Below are positions 36,001-49,436 of a DNA stretch of 64,000 nucleotides, one piece after another. How positions within the stretch are numbered: position 1 is the stretch's first letter; the number at the start of each line of letters is the position of its first letter. Position numbers and translations under genes: made by a program. Location: assembly GCA_964106915.2 (NCBI GenBank), contig OZ066923.1; one strand, given 5' to 3'. The DNA comes from Podarcis gaigeae (lineage: Eukaryota). The notes under the pieces were generated by a model that had not been told where the DNA came from, did no database searches, and saw nothing but the letters and a program-made list of their open reading frames with translations.

Positions 36001-38440
36001 CTTCTGCCTATCCCTGCTTTAACCAACCATAAAAGTAAGTCACATTATGTGCTTTTTTATTGCGATCCCTGGTGGAAATTATGCTGTGGTATCCCATAGC
36101 ACATCTGGAACAGGGAAGCTTTTCCCCCTCATTTCAAGGGGCAAGCTCCACAATCATATTTCAAACAGTACTGCTTAAGAAGATCAGGTCATTTTTCATC
36201 CAATACCAAATGCAAGATACTTTCCATAATTGTCATGATCATCCCCAAGAATACTTTAGAACAGCCTTTGCCAACCTGGCACCTTGCAATACAGCTGGGG
36301 CTGATGAGATCTGTAGCCTGAAACATCTGGAAGTTGCCAGATGTTGAAGGTTGCTTTAGAAAATATACAAGGGGAAGCCTAGCTCAGCAATCAAGCAGAA
36401 TATATATGCTTTGCCTGTAGGAAAGTCTAGGTTCCATCTACCACATTTGCAGTGGGAAAGATCAGGTAGTAAGAAAGAGCCTCTGAGAACTGCTGTCAGT
36501 CAGTGAAGACCGGGACTGGTCAATGTGGTGCAGTTCACATGCTGTTGGACTACAGCCATAATAACAGTGGATGCTAGGAATCCAGCTGTTGGACCAACAA
36601 CATCTGACTATCCCTGATGAAGACAACACTGGGATGAATGGACTGTCGACCCTTGTATAAGGCTGATTTCTATATGTAAGCTTGTATATAAGCTTAGAGA
36701 CCAAGCTCTCATTGCTAGAATACAGTCTGTGACAATTTTATAATAAACACGAACTTCCCATCTAGTAAACAATAACGTGTATAAGGAAGGTGTTAGGCAA
36801 ATGTACAGGAAAGTGTCGTGATGTCACCTAACCTCCCCATGAACAAATCAGAATTAATGCTCAATAAATAGGTCATCTGGAAGTTGAAGACCGGGTGAAA
36901 TCAATGGTCACAACTAACTTGTCCATTGATTTCAACAGGTCTGCTCTGAGTATGTCTCAATCACACACCCTCCAAGAATTCTGGAAACTGTAGTTTGCCT
37001 CTCAGAGAGCTCCAGTTCCCAGCACCCTTAACAAACTATCATTCCTAGGATTCATGTGGGGGCTGCTTTTAATGTATGGTGTGTATGCAGCCTCAGAAGG
37101 ATATAACCCGCTCTCCAAAAGCACAATTCTCTCATTATGAGATTTTGAAAAATCCTAAATTATTTTCAAAAATATATAAATAAATAGTCTCCTTCAATTT
37201 GCTGTGTGAGCAAATCTGGGCTTAGGTGTCAGTCTAGCGCTGGTTGCCTCAGTACGGCACGACAAGATGTGAGGTTTGCCATGATGTTGCCTTCAAAAGC
37301 ATTCATGCAACTGTTTGAAATTTAAGTGGCAGTAATATTCATCACATATGTAATGAATAAGTTAATATACATCAAACCTCCTTCTTTCCTTAAAACATGT
37401 GGGCCCTTTAAATACACCCCCACTTATCTGAAGACAGGACTGAATCAAGATTAAATTTTATTTGCCAATTATGCCCATACTTCAAGCCAAAAAGAAGGGG
37501 GGGGGGGATGCTTGAGTTGGACTCAACAATAAAATTAGAAGTCAAAATTCCTTTAAATACCCTCAGTGCTTAACTTTATTTATAGCAGACGACAAGAGTA
37601 TATGTTTTCAATGTTACAGTGGTGTTTGCTGCCTTTTTGAGGTTAGTTGCATTTCCACATTTTCACAGATAAAGAAAACCATGATTTTTAAACAACCTGC
37701 AGCTTTGTTTATTGGATTCAAATATGGCTTGGTTAATTTTCTTCTTCTTCCATTGCTGCTTTCACTATAAACATTTTAGCACTAGTTACTGATTTCTCTG
37801 TTACCTGCACCATATAAATTGGCAAATCCTATTTGAGAGCTGAAGCATTTAGCAATGCAGAGCAAAACATCTGTCTTTAGAAAAACTGTAAATTAGTTTT
37901 ATAAAGAGGCAATTCAGCAGAACTAATACAAATGATTTCACGCTTTTTCCGTGAGCAGCTGGCTTTTCATTCCTATGCACAATGAATTAGCGACCTCTGG
38001 AATCTGTTTCATAAGAATAATTCTGCAAATCTAAAAGAGATGGCGGTGGAATATGAAGGTGTTTGGTGCATAAGATGGCATGTCCATATCAGCGGAGAGT
38101 GTTTATTATTATAACTCAGTTGAACTATGTAAAGCAATAGGATGTCTGCACTCATGGAAAATATTTCCAACAGCTGGATCCTAAGACTTACTGTACAAGG
38201 AACACAATGCTTAGGGAATAATGGCTACCCTTGGGCAAAATGTCACAACCAGAGCCAGGGCTGTGTTTTCCCCTGCAAAGGGCATAGAATATGATATTAG
38301 CTATAGAATTCAGCATCCCAGGAATTTGACTTTCTTTGTAAAATGAAATGAAAAAAGTTTGTAATCCCTATGGTTTTGAAGATATACTTAAAACCTCTGA
38401 AATCAGAGGATCCATGGAATTAAATTTCCATGCTTAGAAA

Positions 38441-39419
38441 CAGAGCCAGCTCAAGACATTTCACTGCCTGAGGCAAAGAAAAAATAATCCCTGCTCCTTT
38501 TCATATTTAGAAACCTTCTTGCCTAGGAGCTAAATCTTACTTCAGGACTGGTGTAATGGCAGCATTCTCCACTGCACCTGATGACAGCAAGCTGGTTTAG
38601 GGGGTGACAGGAAAGGCAGTGGGGCACTTATATTAGGGTTACCAGACATCCCCGTTTCCCGGGGACAGTCCCCGGATTTGTGAATAATTCCCCGGACAAA
38701 TTACATCCCCGGAATTTCCCCAGATTTCATCTAATGTTCCCAGGAAATGCAGCAGTGGCAGTCTCAGCAGCCCAGAGCAGTTGGCTATGGCTGGCTTCAG
38801 GAGCTGCTCGGAAGTACCCATATGATGGTGGTGCAGAGGCTCTAAGATGCAGCTTCCGGGCTGTCTCCACCTTCCCTGACCCCAGCAACTAAGCTGTGAA
38901 GAAAGGCTTCATGCTGCCTATCGGAGCAGCCTCCCAACTCCTACTTGCATGCAAGGGATCTCTCAGTTAGGCAATGGGAAGCCTCCCTTCCCAGCTGAAG
39001 GATCCCAATCCCTGGGATTGGGGCTGCTCCGTTGGGAAAGGAGGCATCGCGCTGCCCAAGCCTCACTGCCACCGCCACTCTCGGCCCTCCTTCTCCGCCT
39101 TCCATGCCTGACCCACCACGCACCGCTTCTCCACCACCACCAAAGAACCAACAACTCAGGGGCTGCCCAGGCTCATAGAGAAAGGATATAGAAGCCTCAG
39201 AGGAAGGGGAAACATGGCAGTTGAGGTCAAGGCAGATGCCGCCCCTCTGCCAGTGCCATCGCTGCAGCATCAACATCCCGAACGTATAGTGATTAATTAA
39301 TTAATTAATGTGTCCCAGGATTCATTGAAAAAAGTCTGGTAACCTTAACTTATATGCCCCTTGAGCATCTGCCATCTGAGGAGGCAATGCCACTTTGTCT
39401 AATGGTAGGGCCAGTCCTG
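38441..39419. mobile_element. Older hAT (Tip100-like) element hosting a nested insertion
   Basis: cagagccagc ... gggccagtcctg termini; flanks cttagaaa/gttagaca (6/8); a similar 5' end occurs near 54400. Confidence 0.5.
38634..39347. mobile_element. hAT (Blackjack-like) non-autonomous DNA transposon, 714 bp
   Basis: TIR TAGGGTTACCAGAC ... GTCTGGTAACCTTA (13/14); perfect 8-bp TSD ACTTATAT at 38626-38633 and 39348-39355; subterminal TCCCCGG repeats. Confidence 0.9.
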
Positions 39420-39499
39420 GTTAGACAGCAGACCTTTGCTGCCTTAGTGCCAACAAAGTATGATGTGTGGATGCATGTTACGTATCTCTTTTTAAATTG

Positions 39500-39575
39500 G
39501 TTGGCCACTGTGAGAAGAGGATGCTAGACTAGATGGGCCACTGGCCTGATCCAGCAGACTCTTCTTATGTTCTTA
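39500..39575 (+). mobile_element. CR1-type 3'-terminal fragment
   Basis: ggccactgtgagaa...gactagatgggccactggcctgatccagcagactcttcttatgttctta. Confidence 0.55.
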
Positions 39576-40364
39576 ATTGCTAATTGAGAAAAATCTGCAA
39601 ACATTTAACATCGGCAGGTTTTCTAAATTAGCCATTCAGATTAAGCCTTTCCAATAGCTCTGTTTGGTCCCTAGTTTTGCAGTGCAGAAGTCGACTGGTG
39701 TTGCTGCGGGTCTCTGTTTTTCCAAGAGATCAGCTGCCAATTAGATGTATGCTAATGAGAATTTCAAAACTGGATTAAAGGCATTAGCACGTCCTTTCAC
39801 AAGTGGGAAGCCGTGCTGAGTGCTCAGTGGCAATCCTGGAATGAAAGGAGGTGTCAAAATATTTGTTGGGTGACTACCTGGGCTCAGCAGGCCATCATAT
39901 TCTTCCTGGCTTTCCATTAAGATTAGTTGCAATTACAGGAGGAAACTATCATTGCCCTTAATTCACTAAGAAAACACTAAGGAGTGTCTTCTAATTCATT
40001 TCAGGCAAAAGTTAAACACCACCTGGGAGGGATCTAATATACCACCCCCAGGCCTGGATAGACTGCATGCTCCTGTGGGATGTGGTTCAAGCATTCTCAA
40101 GGGACCACTAATGTGAAATATCTTATTACACATATTAGCAGCCTCTACTACCAGAGAAAACAGGATACAGTGTTTGTAAAAGAAAGAACAGTTTAAAAAA
40201 TCAATTCAAGAGTAGGGAGGCCTAGTTGGCTGAATCCAGGACATTACAAAATCTCCCTTCGTTAGATCACATCTCAAAATCAATTCATTTGGTATCCTAC
40301 TGTGTTCTAGTTTTCTTGCTTATCAACCTCATGCAGTGGGATCCTTTGGGAAAGGTTCTAACAC

Positions 40365-40500
40365 AGGCTTCCTCAACCTTGGCCCTCCAGATATTTTTGG
40401 CATACAACTCCCATGATCCCTAGCTAGCAGGACCAGTGGTCAGGGATGATGGGAATTGTTGTCTCAAAACATCTGGAGCGCTGAGGCTGAGGAACAGATG
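40365..40500. mobile_element. Palindromic hAT-derived MITE
   Basis: ttcctcaaccttggccctccagat ... atctggagcgctgaggctgaggaa inverted arms. Confidence 0.7.
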
Positions 40501-41269
40501 ATGGGCTCTATGGTCACCATGCATTCAAAATATTGGTTGGTCAATGTGGAACAGCTACTGAGTTAATAGTGTCTGGAGGGGTAGCCATGGATGCAGTGGT
40601 AGACCTTGGAGTCTCAAATTTCAGTAGCACCCAGTGTGATGCCAAAATTCTGTGCCCCACCTCTCCCCTTCCATTCTACCTACAACTTGTAGAGCCCCCT
40701 GAGGCACCCCAAGATTCCACTGGTTTACCAGTGCGACCAAACCAGTCACACTCCCCTAAATCCACCTTTGATAGAAGCCTGTTGCAGCAAAACCAACAAG
40801 GTGTCTTAGGCTGCAATTCTATACATTTATCTACTTGAGCACCACATTCCCACACAGGCAATCTTCCAGGGGCCGCATGATGAACAGGGGCTCGAGGCAA
40901 AACTGACAGGGTCAGAACCCAAAAAGTGGGCAGGGTGAGGATACAGCTCTTACTGTTTTGTACAGTAGGCTATATTACGGCCTTGAGAAAATCTGAGATT
41001 TCTACTCATCTCTCTATCTTCCATCCAGGCAACGGAGATCAATAGGACTTATACCTAGATCCATGTCTGTAGCAGAGGTGGGGCACATAGAGGCTGAACA
41101 TGCCCCTCCAGGGTTCACTATCTGGCCCTAAGGGTTCTCACCAGGCCATGACCCTCACTGATCCTGATCCACACCCTCTTGACGCTAACTCCCATTGGCC
41201 TCAGTGAGGCTGACTTCTGATTAGACATGCACAGGATTGCCCTGACGTTCCACACCCTTACAAGAAATT

Positions 41270-41545
41270 AAGCAGACTTCCTCAGAAGGTGGTGGACTCT
41301 CCTTCATTGGAGGTTTTAAGGAGAGGTTAGAATCATAGAGGTTAAAGGAACCTCAAGGGTGATCTGGTTCAACCTCCTGCAATGGAGGAATTTTTTGCCC
41401 AACATGAGGCTCAAACCCAGGACCCTGACATTAAGAGTCTCATGTTCTACTGACTGAGCTATCCTCACACGGATCCTGTCATGGATGCTTTAGTTGAGAT
41501 TCCTGCATTGCAGAATGTTGGACTAGATGATTCTATCGTTCTATA
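41270..41545. mobile_element. CR1 3' fragment (+) interrupted by a Squam2-like SINE (-, about 41330-41464)
   Basis: ggtggtggactctccttcattggaggttttaag...[agaatcatagag...tgactgagctatcc]...gagattcctgcattgcag...ggactagatga. Confidence 0.6.
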
Positions 41546-41718
41546 AGCCCTGTTGAACACCATGTGGTTTCTTTCTGAGTGAACATGCATAGCACTGCCC
41601 AGCACAGTCACCATAAGTACTGAGAAATGCATTATAGCATAAACATAGAGTTCACTTCATCATATAATGATGATGATGATGATGATAACATTTCAGGCAT
41701 CTCTAATTCATGAAAGTA

Positions 41719-41742
41719 AATAATAATAATAATAATAATAAT

Positions 41743-41783
<41 letters not shown>

Positions 41784-41990
41784 ATTTTATTTATATCCCA
41801 CCCTCCCCAGCCGAAGCCGGGCTCAGAGCGGCTAACATCAAATGTATAACACATTAACATAAAATCAGACAATCAATTAAAATACATCCTCAAATCAGAT
41901 CAGGATCAGAATCCAATCAGATGGCAACCCGCAGATTAGGGTTGGGGACCTTAAATGCTCACCAGGCCCAACTGTTTGTGTTGAACTTAT
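41719..41990 (-). mobile_element. (AAT)n(AAC)n microsatellite (41719-41783) forming the tail of an L2-like element
   Basis: Microsatellite followed by tttatttatatcccaccctcccc...gctcagagcggctaaca. Confidence 0.55.
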
Positions 41991-43849
41991 ATGGGCCTGT
42001 GAGAAAAATTGGGAGGCCACTTTCATGCAAGTTCTTATGAAAGGGGAGAGGGAGTCAGACTGAACCCCAAATACATGCCAAAATAAATTTGTCAGTTTTT
42101 ACCCGCCACAATTGTTGTTTATTAGTTTGTTTTTGAGTTAATTGTGCATTGGACTTTCTGCACAAAACCAGATCCCAGTGGCGACTGCAAACATTATACT
42201 TTTGCCATTTTAAAAGGTGCCAGCCCTCTAAAAAAAACAACAGACCTTTAAATTCCAAGGCTGCAGCTCATTATGCAGATATCTTTTCCTGCAAAGAACT
42301 GGCATTTGTTATAGCAATAGTTCTCCCATTATGTTTGCATGTATTTTCAAATGCAAGTGTAATTCAAGAGAGTGCTCTTCAATCACTATGAAATCTCAAG
42401 GACATCAAATAAATCCTTATGAAATCAACAGAATTTAAATGCATGGTGAAGTGCATAAATCCCCTCAGTTTTTGCAGCAGGTAGCGAGCATGCCGAAATC
42501 TGTCTGGAGAGCATCCAGAGCTTTTTGCCTGACTAGGCCTGGATGAGCTATTTATGATGCATACTATATTTACTTTTGATAATATAAATCATGGTGTGTT
42601 GCCATCCAACATATTCCAAGTACATAGAATTTCTCCCTTCTCGAGGATTGACAAAATTAAACTAATTTTTCAAAAAAGACAGTGTAACCAACATTTGCCT
42701 GCATAGTAAGCTGCCCATATGGTCCTCTCTTACAGTACGAAGAGATTTATTTATTTTTAAGCAACAAATTATGGACCAATATCAACTGGACAGTGTTGTA
42801 GTTGTTGTCCTCATATTGAACTCAATATTCTCCTGAAAATAATTCCAATGGTAGCTGTGGTTTCCTTTTCACAGCTGAATTGGTTGTACTGCAGATTTGA
42901 ACTGATGGTTTATTGAAATAATATCCATGGACACATCGGATTGTATCCAATACTGCAGCTCTGCTGGCACAACAGAATTTCTTCTTCCTCTCATGTCCCA
43001 CCACCCACCCACCCACCAGCGCCAAATAGTTGAGGGGACCCCCAGAGCAGAAGTTTAAGAAACTGAATTCCTATTACGTGAGTAGAACCCTGCTTGCAAA
43101 GAGATGCTAGATGTACAGTCTACCCAGTTCAACCTCTGCTGATATGAGCCTTCTGACTTGCTAGTATCTCATGATGCCTTATATTGGGTACAAGAAAACT
43201 GTGTCACTAGAGAACAGGCTAATGTATATGGACTAAATACCAGCAGGCCTATGCAGGCTATTAAGAGAACATCCCCCACAGTGGTCTACTGATGTTTGTT
43301 TTTAATTTCTTTCTGCATCTAAACTATCTGTGGCGTGACATCTCTTTCGCTTGTTTTTATTTTTGATTCAGATTTGTCACAGTCAACAGCTAGTACAGTA
43401 AAGTTATTTGAATTGGATTGGATAATTTTTTTTTACTTTTAATGTTTCTCACTGTTTTTATGATTATATTGTTTGGTTTTATTTTTTTATATTGCTGTAA
43501 ACGACTGTGATTTATATTTTTATGATACATCAGCATGTAAATATTTCATTTAATAAAAAAAAAATCAACCCATAGACTAGAAGGAGAAAATATGGGTCCA
43601 GAAAAAATGTATGGAGGATGCACAACTCACATTCTTTTCAATTAAATATGTACAGGAGACACACCCTTTGGGTTGTGCTGTACTGGGGAAATGGTTCAGA
43701 TGAAAACAATGATGAAAGATCTAAATCAATGGAAAGAGAAGACATCTCCAAGTTGCTTTCTTGCTCAGCAAAGCATAGGAACATGCTTCGTACCAAGTCA
43801 GATCATTGGACAATGTCACTCAGCATTGTCTCCCCCAGGAATAGGAAAG

Positions 43850-44170
43850 CTGCGACTCTGGAATGATGGAGGTTGTAGTCTAGCAACATCTGTAGTCCAG
43901 TCACCTCTGGTTTACACAAACCTTCCCCAACTGACCTGGCCCCCTCTGGTTGTTTTGGATTACAACATCCATCATTTCTGACCATGCTGACTTGGAGCTG
44001 GAGTTCAACAATATGAGGAGTAGACCATCTCCTTGGTCTACAGTAGGAGTGGCCAATGTGGTGTTTTCTAGATGTTGTGAGCCACAACTCTCAGAAGCCC
44101 TTACCAGCAATGGTCAGGAAAGATGGGAGCTGTGGTTCCCAACATCTGGAGAGCACCATCATGGCTATCT
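43850..44170. mobile_element. Cluster of decayed palindromic MITEs
   Basis: Repeated agatgttg...acaactc / gggagctgtggttcccaacatctgga arms. Confidence 0.5.
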
Positions 44171-44286
44171 CAGGTCTACACTGATGGACAGTGGAATCCA
44201 AGATTTCAGAGTGGGGTCTTTCACAGAGATGCCATGAAAATTGAACTTGTAGCTTTCTCCATCCAAAACATATACTCAACCACTGA

Positions 44287-44291
<5 letters not shown>

Positions 44292-44363
<72 letters not shown>
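44292..44363. repeat. Compound (CT)n(AC)n microsatellite
   Basis: Direct tandem repeat visible. Confidence 0.95.
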
Positions 44364-46149
44364 TTCAGCAAGACAGAATAAAGAGTCTAAAACACTTATT
44401 TAAAAAACCCAATTGAAACTCAGAAAAGCCAGATCCATCAGCATGTACCTAATGAAATGCTCAAATGAAACATGTAGGTTTCCACAGATGGAAATTCCAT
44501 TCCCAAAGGAACCGGAAATAAAGAATTCTGCAGTCTGAATGAAGGCATAAAGCTGACCCTTTCCCCCCTGTTTTCATTCTTCTCTCAAATTTTAGAGACC
44601 ATTTGAAACTTTGCCCAGCAGTCTAATTTGACCCCTGGTAAAGCAGAGTTGGGATACGCTATCGAATAACAAATACAGAAAAATGTTTTCATATTGTTCC
44701 TTTTCATTCGGCTGTGGGCACAAAGCCATATACTGATGTTAACTCCCAGCCTCCAGAATGAGACAGAGAGAGAGAGAGATTTTATCTTTATTTTTATTCT
44801 AACCAATACCTGCACACCGCTATTTGTCTTCAAACCTTTACTCATACAGTAGCGCTCTGTGGTCCTTGACACCATCTTTTCCTTCTAATGACTTTGGCAG
44901 GTGCAAAATGCTGACTTTGTCTACCCAAATAGATAAATAAATAAACTAGCCAGGAAACATATGGTAGACTTTCTATTTATAAATTTAAAAAATCCCCTAA
45001 ATAACCCAAAAATATGTTTCCACCATTTCAGCCAAAGATGAGTCTACCACAGTCACAATATCATCTGTAGCCATTTTGAATTACATAAAAGTTCCAAGAC
45101 ATCAACAGGTTTGTCATCTTGATAATATTTGTTTCATTTAGATTTGCCAATTGATTATTAAACCAAGCAAATTTGTTCCGTTTGGTTCATCTCTCAAGGA
45201 GTGAATATCATATGAAAATATGTTCTGTGCCTTAATATATGGCATATAATAATGTTTAGAAATGAAATGGTTGAAGAGTTTAAATTACATTGGAAAAGTG
45301 CAGTTCAATATATAAAATAATTTGCTAACAGCTGAATTGCTGGGGGTGAGGAAGATCTTCCCTGAAAGTGAGCATCAGAGCATCTCATTGCTCTGCTTGG
45401 TGCCCAGAATTGCTATCATTTGAGGCCCCTAAAAAGTGCTCTAAAGACTTGCCTAACCCAGAGTCCAGAGGGAGAAAATACACTCAATCTTGCAGCTCTT
45501 GGCTGGGTCATGGGGCATCCTGCAGCCCTAGAATTTGGATCTGCCACTGGCAGGGTTGCCACCAAAGGGGAAACAGTCAAAGGGAGTCATCCCTTCGGGT
45601 GTCCCTTGGGGAATGCCAAAACTCAGGGCATTACCCTCCTATTCCCACCATCACCAACTTGGATGAGGTTGGATAGTGGGGAGTGCCTACAGGGGTCAAC
45701 TTCTCAAAAACTTTGCTGGGGCCTGACACAAGGTCCAGATGTCATGTGCACAACACCGCACAACGTCCTCATGTCACACAGAGCCAGGGGGTGGAGGCAG
45801 AGGCAGCACAGCCCCAGTGGCCGGTGGCCCCCATCCTTCCTTTCCCCTTGCCACGCAAAGAAAAGATGGGGGAAGCTTCCCCCAGCAGTGGCAACAGAAG
45901 CAGGAACCACCAACCACTGAGCCATGCTACACCCAGCTGTGTGTTCGCCCTCTGAACAATGGGGGCCACAGACCACCTCAAAAACATTGAGGGGTCAAAA
46001 TGCCTTGGCCCCTAGGAGTTGGTTGTACTCCCCCTAAAATAGTAAGTTCATAGTCTGGTTCTCCTGAATCCATCTTTATCACTAGAGGCTTCGGTGACCT
46101 CAGTAACTAGGTGTGTCATCTTAGGGTGGTGGAACAGCTACAGATGTTT

Positions 46150-46315
46150 CTGGACTGGGATAGCCTAACCACTTTCACCAATGTGCTAGCAACCTCTTGT
46201 CCTGATTACTGTGTGGCGCTACTTTTGAAGTTGGTCGAGAAGCTGCAGCTGTTGCAAAATGCCGTAGCTTGACTGCTCACTGGGGCAGATTTTCCTCCCC
46301 AGCGGGTCACTCCTA
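46150..46315 (+). mobile_element. Decayed L2 LINE RT fragment
   Basis: gattactgt...aagctgcagctgttgcaaaatgccgtagcttgactgctcactggg resembles the L2 motif DYC...KLQLVQNAAARLLTG. Confidence 0.6.
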
Positions 46316-46383
46316 ATGGAACTCAAAGCAGATAGGTTTTGTTCCTATTTTATATGTTGACTCATACACAAGGAGCATGCTTT

Positions 46384-46609
46384 AGGTCACAACCACACCA
46401 CACACTTAAAGCACAATTACCACACATCTAAAGCATATGGCTTCCTTCAAAGAATCCTGGGAACTATGCCAAATAAGCCTGGGAGCTGTACTTTACAACC
46501 TCACAGAGCTATGGTTCCCAACACCCTTAACAAACTATAGTTTCCAGGATATTCTGGGGGCAGCCATGTGTGTTAAATGTGCTCTGAATGTATGGTGTGC
46601 ATGTGACCT
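46384..46609. mobile_element. Non-autonomous DNA element with AGGTCACA...TGTGACCT termini (Harbinger-like?)
   Basis: 8-bp inverted ends plus internal aagaatcctgggaactat/atagtttccaggatattct arms; partial copy at about 36960-37095. Confidence 0.5.
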
Positions 46610-48618
46610 TTGTTTCTGCAATTCTGCTTGGTGTAGGAAAGGGTGAAGAGAAAAACAGATTTTGTCTGTGTCCTTCAATCTCACTGCAATTTTTTAAAGG
46701 AAAAAGCACAGCTCTTGACTCAAGTCCTGCATGGAGGAAAAGCTTCTGCTTTGTTGGGAAATGCTGGATCTCAAGTGTTGCGGTCTTGGCTCATCTCCGA
46801 AGACTGGAGCTTTTCAATGGAAGCAGCATGAAATCATTGCACAGCTGAAACGTTATCTGTGGCAGGAAAGGAAGGACGGTGTCCCGACCAATGGATCACA
46901 CTGTTTCTATAATTCACAGCCTGTTTTTTATATAAGCAGGATAATTAGAATCAAACGAATCACTATCAACTGTAATTCTAATGCAAAGAGGAAATTTGGC
47001 ACAAGAACAAGTCGAGTAGAATCGTCAATTAGGTAAAGACATAATATCCCGACCACAGGATTTGGAAATTATGTGCTTCTAACCAGTTTTCATTCTCCTT
47101 TTTATTGGCAATGGTTTATAATCCTATTGCCGCAGTCAGCAAATATCAAAAAATGATGTTATATTTTGGAAGTTTGCTTGAATGCCAGGGATTCAGATTA
47201 TTATTTCCTGGCAACAACTAACCTACCATATATGCAATGTGGCATGTGGAACTATGTCCAACAGAAGATGCAGGAAACCAAAAGGAGAAGTTATGGGGGA
47301 AAGCAAACTGGGTACTGATTTAAGTAGAACAAGATGTAGTTTTATGACCTGTTTTCCAGCTAACATATTCTGTTTAGGCAACAGGGCATGTTTTACCCAT
47401 TATCACTTGCACAGAAAATTTAAAATATCCTGCCACAAGCTGAAAATTAATATGCAAAAAAATGCATTCACTATTATGTTGAAACCAATAGTTCTGAGTT
47501 TTGAAGAAGAGCTCTTGAGAGTATTTAATGGTGTGAAGTTCACTGTACTGTATAGCCTTTCTTTGGACCAATTCCAAAATTATATTATGCAATTTCAAGG
47601 TAAAACTGAAATTTTGAGGAATTTTTTAAATTGATCCAAAAAATTAAATTTGGATTATTTATTTTTTAAAAACATTATTTCCAAAATACGAAAATAAACA
47701 ACAACAAAATACAAAATAGACAGAATTTCATCTGGTGACTGCTAACAGAAGGTAATGCATTTAACATATTGTTCCTCTGATCCAACTTTGAGATTTTCTG
47801 TATAATTCATCACAATTTTACAGCTCGTAAAATTATCTGAGGGAAGACTTTGACAAATGTCACTGCATACATCCCTGATTTGTATATAAGATAAAATCAT
47901 ACCACTGTATACAATTTGAAATCTGACCTCAAAAGTTTGACTTTTTAAAAATAAACTGGAAAAGGGAAAGTAGCCTCTTGACTGCTTGGCTTTTCTCAGC
48001 TCTCAAATACAAAATATTGTTCAATGTTATGTATCAAAAACTGTTAGAATCAAACACCATTGCATTATGCCTACCTAAATCTTAAATAGTTGAGAAACAG
48101 CTTTCTCTGCTTCTGGTACAATATTGTGTCAGGTGTTATAATCACATGACCTCTCTGAAAAAGGCTACTCCCCAGACGAAAAACGGGAGTTGAACAGCAA
48201 CAGAACAATATTACACAACTGTGAGTCATCTCTTATGAGTGCAATGTATATTTTCATCTAGCAGTGGCTCCCTCTAGGAGCTGTAGGGTTTGAAACACAC
48301 CCACACCATGCTGGTCATCCCTACCATATAGAGAGTCCCAATCAGTGCTGTCCTGAAAACCAGAAGTTACCAGTGATGTGGTTCATTAGGTGAAAGTACC
48401 AAGGCAACAGAAGGGGAGAGGAAATCCTGCCCTTACCTGTCAGTATTGCAGTGTTTCATTCTCTCATTGCTTAGTGTGACATGGTGCCTTTAATTGCTTA
48501 ATTACCTAATGTATTGTTGTGTGAGAATGGGAGCTCTTTAAGTGTCTCCTCCCTCTTAATGTTTCCCGGCCCTGCCTGCCTTCTTCCCTTTTGGAGATTG
48601 GCTTTACGGGTGCGTGAA

Positions 48619-48836
48619 TTGTCGTTGTTGTTGTTTAGTGGTTTAGTCATGTCCGACTCTTCATGACCCCAAGGACCAGAGCACGCCAGGCACTCCTGTT
48701 TTCCACTGCCTCCTGCAGTTTGGTCGAACTCCTGTTGGTAGCTTCGAGAACACTGTCCAACCATCTCGTCCTCTGTCGTCCCCTTCTCCTTGTGCCCTCA
48801 ATTTTTCCCAACCTCAGGGTCTTTTCCAGGGAGTCT
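48619..48836 (-). mobile_element. Bov-B LINE short 3' fragment
   Basis: ORF 48647..48841 DSLEKTLRLGKIEGTRRRGRQRTRWLDSVLEAT; (TTG)n tail. Confidence 0.93.
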
Positions 48837-49254
48837 GTCACTATGTTGATTTATTATTTTCCTTTGTAAATAAACCTTGATGCTGCATTTCAACCACAGT
48901 CTGCTTCTGCTATACTCTGCTACTAAGGGCTAAGTCCCTGACCTCCAGAATAGAAGGGGAGTGTCTCAGCCCACATGACCTTCTGTGTCAGGGCGTGTGC
49001 CACCATGAGCACTATGAAAGTGTGTGGTTGTTGAACGTACAGTATAGTCACCTTACTGGTGTCAGCAGTACCAGGTCAACCACCTACTTGCATGGTATTC
49101 ACTGCAGCATCTGCCCCGCAACTCCACCGCTGCCTGCCAGTGCCAAAAAGTGAGCCCTAATTCCCTCTTCCTCACTGTTGTGATGCAGCAGGTGCTGGTG
49201 GCATCACCTTGTGAGCTGCCTCACCAACCACTGCTGAAGAAAGTTCGTAAGAAC

Positions 49255-49436
49255 ATAGCCTAGTAGGAGAGTAACTGCTTTGCATGCACAAGGTTCAATC
49301 TATGGCCTCTCCAGATATAGCTGGGAGGAGAGACTCCTATTTGAAACCCTGGAGAGCCTCCACCAGTCAGTGTAGACTGTACTGAGTTAGACGGACCAAT
49401 GGTCTGTCTCAGTAGAAGGCAGCTTCCTATGTTCCC
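49255..49436 (+). mobile_element. Old tRNA-derived SINE with CR1-like tail
   Basis: tgctttgcatgcacaaggttcaatc ... gaaaccctggagagc ... ggaccaatggtctgtctcagtagaaggcagcttcctatgttcc; related copies near 14440, 23390-23535 and 36375-36530. Confidence 0.6.

Noticed and set aside
45368-45990. Cluster of overlapping ORFs in a GC-richer patch
   Set aside because: Open frames on both strands reflect base composition; the patch looks like decayed DNA-transposon fragments whose ends I could not fix
48476-48990. Possible LTR surrounding the Bov-B fragment (tgtaaataaacc motif near 48866)
   Set aside because: No matching TG..CA termini with a TSD could be established
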